From assembly GCA_964615995.1 (NCBI GenBank), contig CAZTSR010000003.1:64327-128326 (forward strand): DNA of 64,000 nt, given 5' to 3'. The notes beneath the pieces were generated by a model that was not told the DNA's origin, made no database searches, and saw nothing but the letters and a program-made list of their open reading frames with translations. Source of the stretch: an uncultured Bacteroidales bacterium (lineage in GTDB: Bacteria; Bacteroidota; Bacteroidia; Bacteroidales; UBA10428). Made by a program: the position numbers and the translations under genes. Below, piece after piece: positions 33,448 through 43,875 of this stretch (positions within the stretch are counted from its first letter, which is position 1; the number at the start of each line of letters is the position of its first letter).

Positions 33448-34857
33448 TTGAATCTCAATATCATGAACAGAAAATTACTTGCCTTAATCCTTTGTTTTCT
33501 GTGCCCCTTTTCTTTTTTTACCCTGAATGCACAGGAAAAAAACCTGGTAATCAATCCGGGTTTTGAAAAGTTCGAAAATTGCCCTACGGATTATACGCCG
33601 GAGAACCTTACACATAAGCTGGTTCCAGGCTGGACATATCCTACCCGGGCAACTCCTGATTACTTTAATCGCTGCAGCAAAGGATCGGATAAAGTAGGTG
33701 TACCCAGGAATTTTGCCGGAGAAAGTGAGGCGCATGGTGGTGATGGGTATGTAGGTGCAATCCTGAGCGGAACAGAAGAAAGTTACAGGGAATATATTCA
33801 GGGAACACTTGGAGTGCCTTTAATAAAAGGAAACCAGTATTGCATAAAATTCTATTATAAACTGGCTTCTTATTCACGGTTTGCCGTGGATCAGATGAGT
33901 TTGTATTTCAGCGACGTTGAAATAAAAAATGACGTGAATGTGAATTTGAATTATGTTCCGCAAATTACCAATAAAGTAGGATTATTCCTTGATAATATTG
34001 ATGCTTGGGAAGAATTTTGTACGGTATATACCGCAAAAGGCAATGAGCGCTTTTTTATCATGGGCAACTTTAAAAATTACGACAATACCAACTATGTCGT
34101 AACGGATAAAAATGTTGTAAACATGCGTAATAAGGCTTATGCCTATTATTATTTTGATGATATTTCCATTTCGCCCATTGAAAATTGCCTGACTTGTCCC
34201 TGTGTTTTACATGATTTTGAAAGCCGGGTTATTGAGACACATTATACAGGTGGCCAGGATCAGCAAACGGGGAAAGTTACCCGCATTATCAATGATGGAA
34301 GGATTAAAATCGGGGTATTGGGTGGAACGCAGCCTTATACCATTACATGGAATAACAAAATGTCGGGAGCTGAACTTAAAAACCTGCCTGCCGGCACCTA
34401 TATTTATCAGGCGCATGATCAGTTTAACTGCCGGTCTTCTGATACAGTGGTTTTTATTGAGCCTGTTATTGTTAAAGATGATTTTCTGGAGGGACTCAAA
34501 GCCATTGATGAAGGTTCTGCCATTGTTCTGGAGAACATTTTCTTTGAATTCAATAAAACCGGATTGTTACCGGAATCTTTTGCGGAACTGAATAAAGTAG
34601 TGCAGTTTATGCTTGAAGAAAACATCAAAATGATTGAAATCGGCGGGCATACGGATAATGAGGGCAGTGATTCCTATAATCAGAAATTATCGGAAGGACG
34701 CGCTGCATCTGTTGTTAATTATCTGGCCTCGCAGGGAATCGGAGCAGATCGTATGAAATCAGTTGGATACGGTGAAAGTCGTCCGATTGACACCAATAAA
34801 ACAGAGGAAGGGCGGGCTCAAAACCGCAGGGTTGAGTTTACACTGATTAAGAAATAA
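33448..34857 (+). CDS. OmpA-family protein (N-terminal beta-sandwich-like region + C-terminal OmpA domain)
   Basis: 469 aa with a signal peptide. C-terminal GGHTDNEGSDSYNQKLSEGRA...RRVEF peptidoglycan-binding motif. Confidence 0.88.
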   Translation: MNLNIMNRKLLALILCFLCPFSFFTLNAQEKNLVINPGFEKFENCPTDYTPENLTHKLVPGWTYPTRATPDYFNRCSKGSDKVGVPRNFAGESEAHGGDGYVGAILSGTEESYREYIQGTLGVPLIKGNQYCIKFYYKLASYSRFAVDQMSLYFSDVEIKNDVNVNLNYVPQITNKVGLFLDNIDAWEEFCTVYTAKGNERFFIMGNFKNYDNTNYVVTDKNVVNMRNKAYAYYYFDDISISPIENCLTCPCVLHDFESRVIETHYTGGQDQQTGKVTRIINDGRIKIGVLGGTQPYTITWNNKMSGAELKNLPAGTYIYQAHDQFNCRSSDTVVFIEPVIVKDDFLEGLKAIDEGSAIVLENIFFEFNKTGLLPESFAELNKVVQFMLEENIKMIEIGGHTDNEGSDSYNQKLSEGRAASVVNYLASQGIGADRMKSVGYGESRPIDTNKTEEGRAQNRRVEFTLIKK

Positions 34858-34873
34858 CCCTTATACTTTCAAT

Positions 34874-36859
34874 ATGAAACAGATAAAATTACGGTGCGCT
34901 TTCATAATACTTACGGTGTTTTTAAGTAATGCATATTTAAGTGCACAAAATGCAAAAAGAGGGTTTAAGCTACTTGAAAAGTCGGATTTTCCCAAAGCTT
35001 ATGAATTATTTACCAATGTATTGAATGAAAATAAAGAGGATGGTGCGTCTTTATTAGGAAAGATGCTTGTCCAGGCTGATACCAACAGTACTTATTTTGA
35101 TTTAATTGAAGCCTGGAAAACAGCTGTAGCACTGCAACCTTTGGTGGATAAACTGACGCCTGAAGAACAGGAATATATCGGAGAATATTTCTATAATACA
35201 GAAGTACGGCATATCAGCCGGCCTGTAAAAAAGAAAATCGAATATGCCATTGAAACGGTTGACAACAAGTTAATCAAACATATAAGGGAAGAGAACAACC
35301 TGAATCTGGTTTACAAGGTACTTGAGGAGTTTCCTGACTACAAATACTATGACAACGTTATGCATATCCGCAATCAACTGGAATTCCGAAAATATGAAAA
35401 ACAGAATACGCTCGAAGGATATATGGAATTTCTGAGGAAGTTTCCGGAAGCTGCCCAGGTAGATAAGGCGATCCGCTATCGGAATAAACTTGCTTTTGAA
35501 ATGGCAGCTCAAACAAATACCGTTCAGTCCTATAAAGATTTTGTCCGTCAATACCCGGAGGCCATTGAAACAAATGCTGCAATTAAGAAATTATATGCTG
35601 CTGCTTTTCAGGATGCTAAAAGTAAGAATTCTGTTCAGGCTATGGATCAGTTTATCCAGGAATACCCGGAGGCCTTGGAAATATCAGAAGCCAGGCAGAT
35701 TCAAAAGAAACTGTTATATGAATATGCCCGGAAAATCCAGACGCTTCAGGCCTACAATGAATTTATCAGGAGGTACCCTGAGGGACAGTTTTATATCGAT
35801 ATTTTTAATTTGAAGTCGCAGGACAATGGAAGCCGGTTTTTGCAAAGCCACCCGTTTCCCACACAAAATATTCAATGGGCAAGAAGCTTCGAAGAAGAAG
35901 AAAATGACGGACTCAATGCCTGTTTAGCAGTGGATACCAACAATGCCTATATTGTAGGAGGAACTGTTTTTCGCACGGACACAGCATCAACGGATGCCTG
36001 GATTATTAAGGTAAACGCCGATGGAAAAATGCTATGGAATAAATACGTGGGCGAAGGATTTAATGATGAATTGAATCTTCTTCAGGTTGGCCCTCAGAAT
36101 GATATTATCGGAGCGGGATATACCTGGCTGGGAACAGACAGTTCATCCCGTGAATCCTGGATTTTTAAACTGGGTACTCATGGAGAGAAAATCTGGACCA
36201 GGACGTTGGGAAAAATGCATGTTAACAGCATGATCATCGCATCGACCGGAAACATATATCTTGGTGGATATCTGATCAATGACTCACTGGATCGCTTATA
36301 TTCAATTGTTGTTCTGAATCCCTCAGGTAAGAGGCTATGGGGCAGGACATATACCGGAAAGGGAGAAATAACCAAAATATCCGAATGCCCCGATCGGAAT
36401 ATGGTATTGACAGGAACACAGTGGCGTGCAAAAATTGATCCAAAGGGTTATCTGCTCTGGGAATCACCATTCCAGGAGTCAGACAGTATATCCGGATCTA
36501 TTGTCCTCCCTAAAGGCGAGATTTGCTATTTTGGAATGAGAGGAAACAAGCATCTGATTATTAAAACTACAGCAGACAATAAGACGGTGTTTGAAAAAGA
36601 ATTGCCACTGCCGGAAATTTCTTCGGAAATCCTTTCCATCATCCAGGGGGCATCGAATCAAATTATTCTGCTCATGTCATTTGAGAGCCATCAGTCTTTG
36701 AACTGGGTGAATATACAAACAGGAGCGCTCTTATCCTCATCAAGAATGCCTGCCGGAATTCAGGTGGTTCAGATTGTCAGGGATTTAAACAATAATCTGA
36801 TCCTTCAGGCTTGCAACGGGGAAATTGTGATCATGAAAAACAACGGAACTTCATTCTGA
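34874..36859 (+). CDS. exported protein with tandem 37-aa helical Y-x2-F-x3-YPE repeats and C-terminal beta-propeller-like (SBBP-type) repeats
   Basis: 661 aa. FLRKFPEA, FVRQYPEA, FIQEYPEA and FIRRYPEG recur about 111 nt apart. The C-terminal half has repeated ...GG..-..D.W..K....G...W units. Confidence 0.75.
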   Translation: MKQIKLRCAFIILTVFLSNAYLSAQNAKRGFKLLEKSDFPKAYELFTNVLNENKEDGASLLGKMLVQADTNSTYFDLIEAWKTAVALQPLVDKLTPEEQEYIGEYFYNTEVRHISRPVKKKIEYAIETVDNKLIKHIREENNLNLVYKVLEEFPDYKYYDNVMHIRNQLEFRKYEKQNTLEGYMEFLRKFPEAAQVDKAIRYRNKLAFEMAAQTNTVQSYKDFVRQYPEAIETNAAIKKLYAAAFQDAKSKNSVQAMDQFIQEYPEALEISEARQIQKKLLYEYARKIQTLQAYNEFIRRYPEGQFYIDIFNLKSQDNGSRFLQSHPFPTQNIQWARSFEEEENDGLNACLAVDTNNAYIVGGTVFRTDTASTDAWIIKVNADGKMLWNKYVGEGFNDELNLLQVGPQNDIIGAGYTWLGTDSSSRESWIFKLGTHGEKIWTRTLGKMHVNSMIIASTGNIYLGGYLINDSLDRLYSIVVLNPSGKRLWGRTYTGKGEITKISECPDRNMVLTGTQWRAKIDPKGYLLWESPFQESDSISGSIVLPKGEICYFGMRGNKHLIIKTTADNKTVFEKELPLPEISSEILSIIQGASNQIILLMSFESHQSLNWVNIQTGALLSSSRMPAGIQVVQIVRDLNNNLILQACNGEIVIMKNNGTSF

Positions 36860-36986
36860 ATCCTTGTTGGTTCATGAGGCTCTTTTTGATACCTGGCTGA
36901 ATTCTTTATGGTATTGAAATAAAAAGATGCTTCATACGTTTTGATGTTACGGAACTGTCACTTTTCAAATAGACCAAAGATTTCTG

Positions 36987-37811
36987 GTGAAAAAGGATCA
37001 TGTAAAACAACCCAGCTCGGAGCTTTTTCTCAGGCGACATGATATAGAGATGTCTGAGAGTCTTAAATATGCCAGTTATATTCAACAGGCTATATTTCCT
37101 TCGATAAAGGATATTACGCGTCTATTACCTGATAACTTTCTTTTCTATCAACCCCGGGAAGTCGTCAGTGGCGATTTTTATTATGTATCACGAAGGAATG
37201 ATTTGCTTTTTATAGCCATAGCTGATTGTACGGGACATGGAGTTCCTGGTGCTTTCATGAGCATTCTCGGCATTACTTTTATTAATGAGATCATTTCTCA
37301 CGGTACAGCAGTTCAGGCAGGCGTTATTTTGAACCGGCTGCGTGAGCATGTCATGGAGGCGTTATGCCAGACCGGTGAAGATTTAGAACGAAAAGATGGT
37401 ATGGATCTGGCATTATGCATTATAGATTCTAAAACGAACAAAATGAGTTTCGCCGGTGCTTTCAATCCCTTATACATTATTCGCAATCAGAATTTAATTG
37501 AATATGCCGGCGATATGATGCCAGTTGGCATAGGTGCAGAAGAAGAAAAAAGCTTTACAACGCATTTGGTGCAGTTAATGCCTGAAGATGCAGTTTACTT
37601 ATTTACTGACGGCTTTGTGGATCAATTTGGAGGTCCTCACTGCAAAAAGTTTAAATACAAACCATTCAGGGATTTATTGATTCACATAAGCGCATTGCCC
37701 ATGCAGGACCAGAAATCCGTATTACAGAAAACTTTTAATGACTGGAAAGGAAACCTGCAACAACTAGATGACGTATTAGTGTTTGGTTTTCGTTATCAAG
37801 TTGATTTATAG
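36987..37811 (+). CDS. stand-alone PP2C/SpoIIE-family protein phosphatase domain protein
   Basis: 274 aa. Contains SGDFYYV, ADCTGHGVPGAFMS and TDGFVDQFGG motifs. The track start is a GTG and an ATG alternative is at 37050. There is no sensor domain. Confidence 0.8.
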   Translation: MKKDHVKQPSSELFLRRHDIEMSESLKYASYIQQAIFPSIKDITRLLPDNFLFYQPREVVSGDFYYVSRRNDLLFIAIADCTGHGVPGAFMSILGITFINEIISHGTAVQAGVILNRLREHVMEALCQTGEDLERKDGMDLALCIIDSKTNKMSFAGAFNPLYIIRNQNLIEYAGDMMPVGIGAEEEKSFTTHLVQLMPEDAVYLFTDGFVDQFGGPHCKKFKYKPFRDLLIHISALPMQDQKSVLQKTFNDWKGNLQQLDDVLVFGFRYQVDL

Positions 37812-37839
37812 TACCCTTCACCCAAAACACTCCGCATTA

Positions 37840-40167
37840 ATGAAAATCAGTGCATTTCAAATCAGGAATTACCGCTCCATCATAAATTCCGGTAAATGTT
37901 ACCTCTCACCAGATTCCATTACGGCGCTGATAGGTCAGAATGAATCGGGTAAAACCTCTGTCCTTGAGGCCCTTAAGAGCTTTTATGATGGTCAGATCAC
38001 AGACGACATTTTAAGAAGCGATATGACCTTCCCTGAAATAACCTGTTCCTTCATTCTGGATGAAGACAAAGAACTGGGAGAATATATTGATATGATGCAT
38101 ATACCGGAAGAACTTCATACGGTAGTTTCAACCAAATCAGAATTTTCTCTGACACGAAAATGGTCGGATTCAAAAACAAATACAATAAGCCTTGCTGAAC
38201 CTGAAATTATTGATTATTATAATGAACAGAAAAATAATGCATTATTAACATCAAATAAAATAAACACTTTAATACCTGTTTTGGTGCAGGATGTTGAAAA
38301 TGCAACACGGGATCTTCAATTCACTGAAAAAAAGACAGATCAATTAAGAAGCGAAGCAAACATGTTGCATAGCCGGGTTGAAGAACTGAAAAGACACATC
38401 AGCAAAGCTAAAAATCCGGACGACCGCATCTCAAATGAACAGGAATTTGAAAAAGCACAGAATGATTTACTGACAGCTGAAAACAATTTCAGAGAATCTT
38501 TAAAAGAATTGGAAGAACGGAAAATCAATCTGCAAACTTCTGCTGATAAATTAACCAACTGCAAATCTTTTCTTTCGCTCTCAGATACGGTAAATGTCCT
38601 TCAAAAAGAAATCGAAGCACATGTTGTTTTGATTCACCAGACTGAACATGAGCATGAAACATGCAAAAATGATAGACAGATACGCAGTTTATCGAAACAA
38701 TTGGAGCAAATGCGGTCCCGTCAGGAATATCTGATGAATGAATCAAAACGATTGTCGCATCATCTTTCAATCCAGCTCAGGATTGCTGAAAAAATGGTTG
38801 CAGGAACTCTTTTTAAGGAAGCTGAAGCTGAATCGATTAAAGAGCAGGAACGGGAATCAGCTTATGCTACCCTGGAGGAACTTGGAAATTCTGTTTTTAA
38901 ACACATTCCCATGTTTGAATTTTTCGAAGATTTCGGAAGTCTTTTGCCCAATAAAATTGACTTGGATGATCTACTGAACGAAAATATTCATGCTGAGGGT
39001 TATAAGGCTGCCAGGAACTTTCTAAGCATTGCCGGATTAAACGCCGACTTTTTCAGAGAAAAAAACCACCGTATTTTAAAACAGAAAATAGAAAACCTCA
39101 ATTCGGAAATTACGATTGATTTCCAGGATTATTGGCGTCAAAGTGTAGGTAAGGATGACAAAATCCGCATAAACTTTGAACTGGAACATTATGATAACTC
39201 ACAGCCCGATAAAAGCGGAAAGCCTTATCTGGAGTTTTGGATTAAGGATAAGCAGGAAAGACTATATCCCAAGCAACGGAGTAGGGGCGTAAGGTGGTTT
39301 TTATCCTTTTACCTTGAGTTGAAGGCGACAGCAAAGGAAAAATCAGAAGACAGGGTGATGCTGATTGACGAACCAGGATTAAGTTTGCACGCCCGTGCAC
39401 AGGAAGATGTATTAAAGGTTTTTGAAGACTTGCGACAGAATCTTCAGATTATTTATTGTACACACTCACCAAATCTCATTGATTCTAAAAAGCTATACCG
39501 GATTATAGCTGTACAGCGCGAACGGGATACTGATGAAAAGAGTGAAACGATCATACTGGATGCGCGGAGACTCAACGCTGCTTCGGCGGATACGCTTTCT
39601 CCCATATACGCTTTAATGGGCACGCAACTGAATGAAAGGCAGTTTATTTTTCCCAAAGACAATCTGATTGTTGAAGATTCTGTTACTTTTCATTATCTGG
39701 AAGCTTTCTGCAAATTAATACACCCGGAACAAAATTTTCATTTCATACCTGCCTCCGGAAATGATAGCGTCCCCATCATGGCTAACTTGTTTTTTGGTTG
39801 GAAAATTGAATTCCGCATACTTCTGATGGATAATTCGCATAACAGAGCACTCATTGAACATCTGAGGTCGTCGATGTTTTTTCCTGAGGACCGGACGGCA
39901 GAATCCAGAGTTCAAATAATGCCGGATTTTCCTGCAATTGAAGACCTTTTTTCTACAATTGACTTTAAGCGCTTTGTATTGCAACAACGCGTCGGAATTA
40001 CGATGCGAAATTCGGAATATATTGAAATGAACAAGCTTTCCAGAATGATCCTTGCAAGTGATTTTTGTACCAAACTTCAAAAAGAAGAAATCCGCTTTAG
40101 TGATTTTGATGAGGAAACCCGTGAAAATTTGAGCAAATTTTTTACGCTGATTCAAAAAAATTCATGA
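37840..40167 (+). CDS. ABC/OLD-type AAA ATPase with long coiled-coil insert and C-terminal Toprim-like region
   Basis: The start is chosen at MKISAFQIRNYRSI (ATG 37840). Walker A GQNESGKT (about 37930). Coiled coil about 38290-38950. Signature-like RSRGVRWFLSF. Walker B VMLIDEPGLSLH (about 39355). H-loop YCTHSP. The tail has NLIVEDSV (39661) and ILLMDNS. Confidence 0.8.
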   Translation: MKISAFQIRNYRSIINSGKCYLSPDSITALIGQNESGKTSVLEALKSFYDGQITDDILRSDMTFPEITCSFILDEDKELGEYIDMMHIPEELHTVVSTKSEFSLTRKWSDSKTNTISLAEPEIIDYYNEQKNNALLTSNKINTLIPVLVQDVENATRDLQFTEKKTDQLRSEANMLHSRVEELKRHISKAKNPDDRISNEQEFEKAQNDLLTAENNFRESLKELEERKINLQTSADKLTNCKSFLSLSDTVNVLQKEIEAHVVLIHQTEHEHETCKNDRQIRSLSKQLEQMRSRQEYLMNESKRLSHHLSIQLRIAEKMVAGTLFKEAEAESIKEQERESAYATLEELGNSVFKHIPMFEFFEDFGSLLPNKIDLDDLLNENIHAEGYKAARNFLSIAGLNADFFREKNHRILKQKIENLNSEITIDFQDYWRQSVGKDDKIRINFELEHYDNSQPDKSGKPYLEFWIKDKQERLYPKQRSRGVRWFLSFYLELKATAKEKSEDRVMLIDEPGLSLHARAQEDVLKVFEDLRQNLQIIYCTHSPNLIDSKKLYRIIAVQRERDTDEKSETIILDARRLNAASADTLSPIYALMGTQLNERQFIFPKDNLIVEDSVTFHYLEAFCKLIHPEQNFHFIPASGNDSVPIMANLFFGWKIEFRILLMDNSHNRALIEHLRSSMFFPEDRTAESRVQIMPDFPAIEDLFSTIDFKRFVLQQRVGITMRNSEYIEMNKLSRMILASDFCTKLQKEEIRFSDFDEETRENLSKFFTLIQKNS

Positions 40168-40184
40168 TTTTTTTCGATAATTAA

Positions 40185-40208
40185 ATAACTTATTAATCAA
40201 TAAGTTAT
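40185..40208. terminator. AT-rich perfect hairpin ATAACTTATT-AATC-AATAAGTTAT after the ATPase gene
   Basis: Perfect 10-bp stem read from the sequence. There is no GC content or clear T-run, so terminator function is uncertain. Confidence 0.3.
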
Positions 40209-40422
40209 AGCGTTATTAACAATTTTATAGCTGCTTCTATTCAAATAATTTTGACGAACATGCAACTTTCGTTGACGAAATTGCGTATATTTGATATGAA
40301 TTAAAAAACAAACAGAAAATCTAATACCATGGCAACATTACTGCTTATTTTGGTACCGGCAATTTCCCTTTTTGTTTTAGGATATCTGGTAATTACAGCT
40401 CCTGAATACAGAGAGTTCTAAA

Positions 40423-42111
40423 TTATTCCAACCTGCTGTTTCTTTTGCCAAAGGCAAAATAAACGATCAATCCCAATCCCAACCATATCGAGAACCGCAT
40501 CCAATTGGTAATTCCCAATTTGGTCATTAAGTAAATGCAGCTCAACAAACCCATTACAGGTATTGCAGACAATTTTTGCCTGTAAGTGATTATGGCCATC
40601 ACCAGAAAGATGGTTCCAAAAATGACTGAAGGTGCTTTTTCCCAAAATTGAATTTCAGGTGTAAAGAAACCTTCCCAAAAGTTCCTGTAATACAATAGAT
40701 TTATGATGATTGCTGCAATAAACAGTGCAGGAATAAGCCATTTACCATTAATGTAAGGGACTTTATACCGGCCGCCGGTATTTGCATCCTCCTTCTTTTT
40801 CTGTAAGACCAGTATCCCTCCGCATACAATAATAAATGCAAAGAGCGTCCCGATGCTGGTCAGATCTGTTACTTCCGTCAGGTTCATAAATAAAGCCGGA
40901 ACAGCAACCACAATACCGGTTACAATTGTCGCAAAGGAAGGGGTTCTAAAACGCCTGTGAATTCTTGAGAATGCTTTAGGAAGTAACCCGTCCCTGCTCA
41001 TGCTCATCCATATCCGGGGCTGCCCCAACTGAAAAATCAGGATAACTCCTGCCATTGCAATTAATGCCGAGAACGCAATGATCCCTCCAATCCAGCTCAT
41101 TCCGATTTTCTTAAATACGTAAGCAAGCGGGTCTCCTACACCCAATTCTGAATAATGAACCATTCCCGTTAATACCAGTGCTATTAAAACATATAACACG
41201 GTACAAATAGCCAGAGAATAAAAAATGGAACGTGGAAGGTCGCGTGTTGGATTTTTACATTCTTCCGCAGTAGTTGATATCGCATCAAAACCGATAAAAG
41301 CAAAAAAAACTGCGCTTACCCCTTTTAAGACTCCTGAAACACCTTTCGGGGCAAAGGGACTCCAATTCTCAGGATGCACATAAAAGGAACCAATTACGAT
41401 CACTCCGAAAACCACGAGCAGTTTTAGGATGACCATGATATTATTTACTGTTTTTGATTCCTTAATTCCCACAAAAACAATACAGGTAATTACAAATACA
41501 ATAAACAGGGCGGGAACATCTGCAATCAGTCTGATGTTTCCTAATATTGGCGCAGCATTCCATGCACCTGCAGCCTGTAATATGGTATCAGGTAATTTTG
41601 AAATGTTCTCTGTTTGATTCACGATCGTATGCGCTTTATAAGCTGAGAAATAATCCATTGAAAGGTATTCGGGAAAATTCCATCCAAATCCTTTTACAAA
41701 TTCAGTGAAATAATCCGACCAGGAAATCGCACAGGCTATATTTCCAATGGCATATTCCAGAAGCAAATCCCATCCAATGATCCATGCAATAAGTTCCCCA
41801 AGAGAGTAGTAAGCATAGGTATAAGCGCTACCGGAAACCGGAACCCTCGAAGCAAATTCCGCATAGCAAAGAGCAGAAAAGCCGCATGCTATGGCTGTAA
41901 AAACAAAGAGCAGGCTGATAGCAGGCCCCCCGTTTGCTGCGGCGTTACCGATTGTGGAAAAAATACCGGCCCCAACAATAGCAGCTATGCCAAAAGCGGT
42001 GAGATCTCTTACTCCCAACGAACGTTTTAAGCGAAATTCAGATGCTTTTTCGGATTCATCCTGAAGAATTCCTTCAAGGGATTTGCGGCGCCATAAGCCC
42101 TTAATTGCCAT
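40423..42111 (-). CDS. APC-family amino acid permease (cationic amino acid transporter-like)
   Basis: 562 aa, polytopic. N-terminal LKRSLGVRDLTAFGIAAIVGAGIF is typical of the APC family. It is a paralogue of 59003..60451. Confidence 0.9.
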   Translation of the reverse strand: MAIKGLWRRKSLEGILQDESEKASEFRLKRSLGVRDLTAFGIAAIVGAGIFSTIGNAAANGGPAISLLFVFTAIACGFSALCYAEFASRVPVSGSAYTYAYYSLGELIAWIIGWDLLLEYAIGNIACAISWSDYFTEFVKGFGWNFPEYLSMDYFSAYKAHTIVNQTENISKLPDTILQAAGAWNAAPILGNIRLIADVPALFIVFVITCIVFVGIKESKTVNNIMVILKLLVVFGVIVIGSFYVHPENWSPFAPKGVSGVLKGVSAVFFAFIGFDAISTTAEECKNPTRDLPRSIFYSLAICTVLYVLIALVLTGMVHYSELGVGDPLAYVFKKIGMSWIGGIIAFSALIAMAGVILIFQLGQPRIWMSMSRDGLLPKAFSRIHRRFRTPSFATIVTGIVVAVPALFMNLTEVTDLTSIGTLFAFIIVCGGILVLQKKKEDANTGGRYKVPYINGKWLIPALFIAAIIINLLYYRNFWEGFFTPEIQFWEKAPSVIFGTIFLVMAIITYRQKLSAIPVMGLLSCIYLMTKLGITNWMRFSIWLGLGLIVYFAFGKRNSRLE

Positions 42112-42165
42112 TTAAAAAGGTTTATGCCACTAAGATAGTATAATTAGAAAAGGAAGCTGTTTGCC

Positions 42166-43092
42166 TTACAGGCGAAATGGTATATTTTTTCCGTTTGCTC
42201 CGGCATAAATACCTGTGGCTACATATACATGAGCATCAGCATCGCAGTCATCATTGAATTCAAACACAGTGGTTCCAAGTTCAGGAAGACTGTGATCTTC
42301 AATATCAATAACTCTTAGAATGCTGTTTCCGCTAATGGGACATAAATTGCAGGATGGATTGATTCTTACATCTATCATGGCCTGCTGAACGATTTCAGTC
42401 TCCCTGTTTTGCACTTCCAACAACTGCCCGCCACCACATATTGTATACCGGTCATCTGATTCAATTCCCAGCGTCCCATTCGTATTAACATCAATAAAAT
42501 AGGCACTTTGCTCCACCGCGACATATACATCATTGGGCCTGGGCAAATCGAGTTTCAGAAGTTCGCTTTCAAACTCAAATGTACTCAGATCTAAACTAAA
42601 CAACGCATGTTGATCCGGATTCAGCCGGATGTCCTGTGTAGCCAATAAAATTTCTATATTATTTCCATCACGAATTGCCGGAACAGTCTGTATACCTAAA
42701 AAGCTGATGGTTTGTGTAACACTGTTATAATCGGTATAAAGCAGGGAGAAAATGGCTGTATTGGCGTCTGACCATAATCCAACTACAGTGATATGGGAGG
42801 CTTTATTATCGAGAAATGGATATCCATAATCATCCTCCATGCTTAGGATCAATTTAGTAATACAAGGAAAATTGCCTGTGCTTCTTTCATAATAGGTCTC
42901 ATCAGAAGGATTGGCTCCGCTCATTTTGCCCATGGCAGCCGATACAGCGTAACCGGTTAAAGTTGCAGTATGTATTGTTTCAATAAGTGGTTCTGGATCA
43001 GGATCTTTAAAATACTCTTTTAAAGGATTACAGGAAGAAAATGCCAGGATGGAGATTCCTGCAACCTGAAAAAAAAGCCTGAATTTCAGCAT
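42166..43092 (-). CDS. hypothetical lipoprotein
   Basis: 308 aa. Lipobox ILAFSSC. No recognised domains. Confidence 0.7.
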   Translation of the reverse strand: MLKFRLFFQVAGISILAFSSCNPLKEYFKDPDPEPLIETIHTATLTGYAVSAAMGKMSGANPSDETYYERSTGNFPCITKLILSMEDDYGYPFLDNKASHITVVGLWSDANTAIFSLLYTDYNSVTQTISFLGIQTVPAIRDGNNIEILLATQDIRLNPDQHALFSLDLSTFEFESELLKLDLPRPNDVYVAVEQSAYFIDVNTNGTLGIESDDRYTICGGGQLLEVQNRETEIVQQAMIDVRINPSCNLCPISGNSILRVIDIEDHSLPELGTTVFEFNDDCDADAHVYVATGIYAGANGKNIPFRL

Positions 43093-43149
43093 GTCTTTTT
43101 TTGCATGTTATACTGAAATCAGACCTTATAAGTTACGATGGACATTGAA

Positions 43150-43875
43150 TCACTTGCTTCCAAATACTTTCTTAAGCAGATCTGTGGTTCGTGCAACAGG
43201 GTCTTTACGGATACGAAGTTCTTCTTTGGCTATCATTACAAATAATCCCTCGATAGCTCTGTCTGTCACATATGCAGTGAGATCGGGATTCATTTTCTGC
43301 ACCAAAGGAATTTTGTTGTATGTATTCATAACATCGGACCAATAGCGGGTGGCGTTTACTTTATTCAGTGAATTTTGGATCATCGGTTCAAATTTTGCCT
43401 TAAGTTCTGAAGTTGTGGTTTTCTTAAGGTATTCTGTAGCGGCATTTTCTTTACCTGTGACAATTTGAATCGCATCAGTAATGCTCATTCCTTTAATTGC
43501 CGCGACAAAAATAGGTTTTGCTTCTTTTGCGGCATCTTCAGCTGCCCGGTTAATGGACAACACAGCCTTATCAACCTGTTTTCCCAGTCCCACAGATCTG
43601 AGTCTGGTTTCAATGGTGACGGCTTCAGGAGGAAAAGGAATCTTAATCTCAGGATTCATAAAATAACCATCAATAACCGATACGGTGCTCACTCCTTTAT
43701 CTGTTCCATTGATCAGTGCCTGCCTGATAGCATCCGCAGCTTCTGCTTCGGTATAAACCGAAGAAGAAGAGGAACCCAGTGCTTTGGCTATTTTTTTAAG
43801 AAACTGCGCCTGAGAACCCAATGGAAACAACAATGCCACCATACAAACCATTATTAACCTGCTGCTCTTTTTCAT
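43150..43875 (-). CDS. exported DUF4197-like protein
   Basis: The start is chosen at MKKSSRLIMVCMVALLFPLGSQAQ (ATG 43873-43875), while the track ORF extends to 43953. The family name is from memory of similar helical periplasmic proteins. Confidence 0.65.
   Translation of the reverse strand: MKKSSRLIMVCMVALLFPLGSQAQFLKKIAKALGSSSSSVYTEAEAADAIRQALINGTDKGVSTVSVIDGYFMNPEIKIPFPPEAVTIETRLRSVGLGKQVDKAVLSINRAAEDAAKEAKPIFVAAIKGMSITDAIQIVTGKENAATEYLKKTTTSELKAKFEPMIQNSLNKVNATRYWSDVMNTYNKIPLVQKMNPDLTAYVTDRAIEGLFVMIAKEELRIRKDPVARTTDLLKKVFGSK

Noticed and set aside
40329-40421. 30-codon ORF MATLLLILVPAISLFVLGYLVITAPEYREF (a single TM helix) between the ATPase gene and the permease
   Set aside because: It is plausible as a small membrane protein. 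However, there is no supporting promoter or RBS evidence, no recognisable family, and it is too short to judge from sequence alone.
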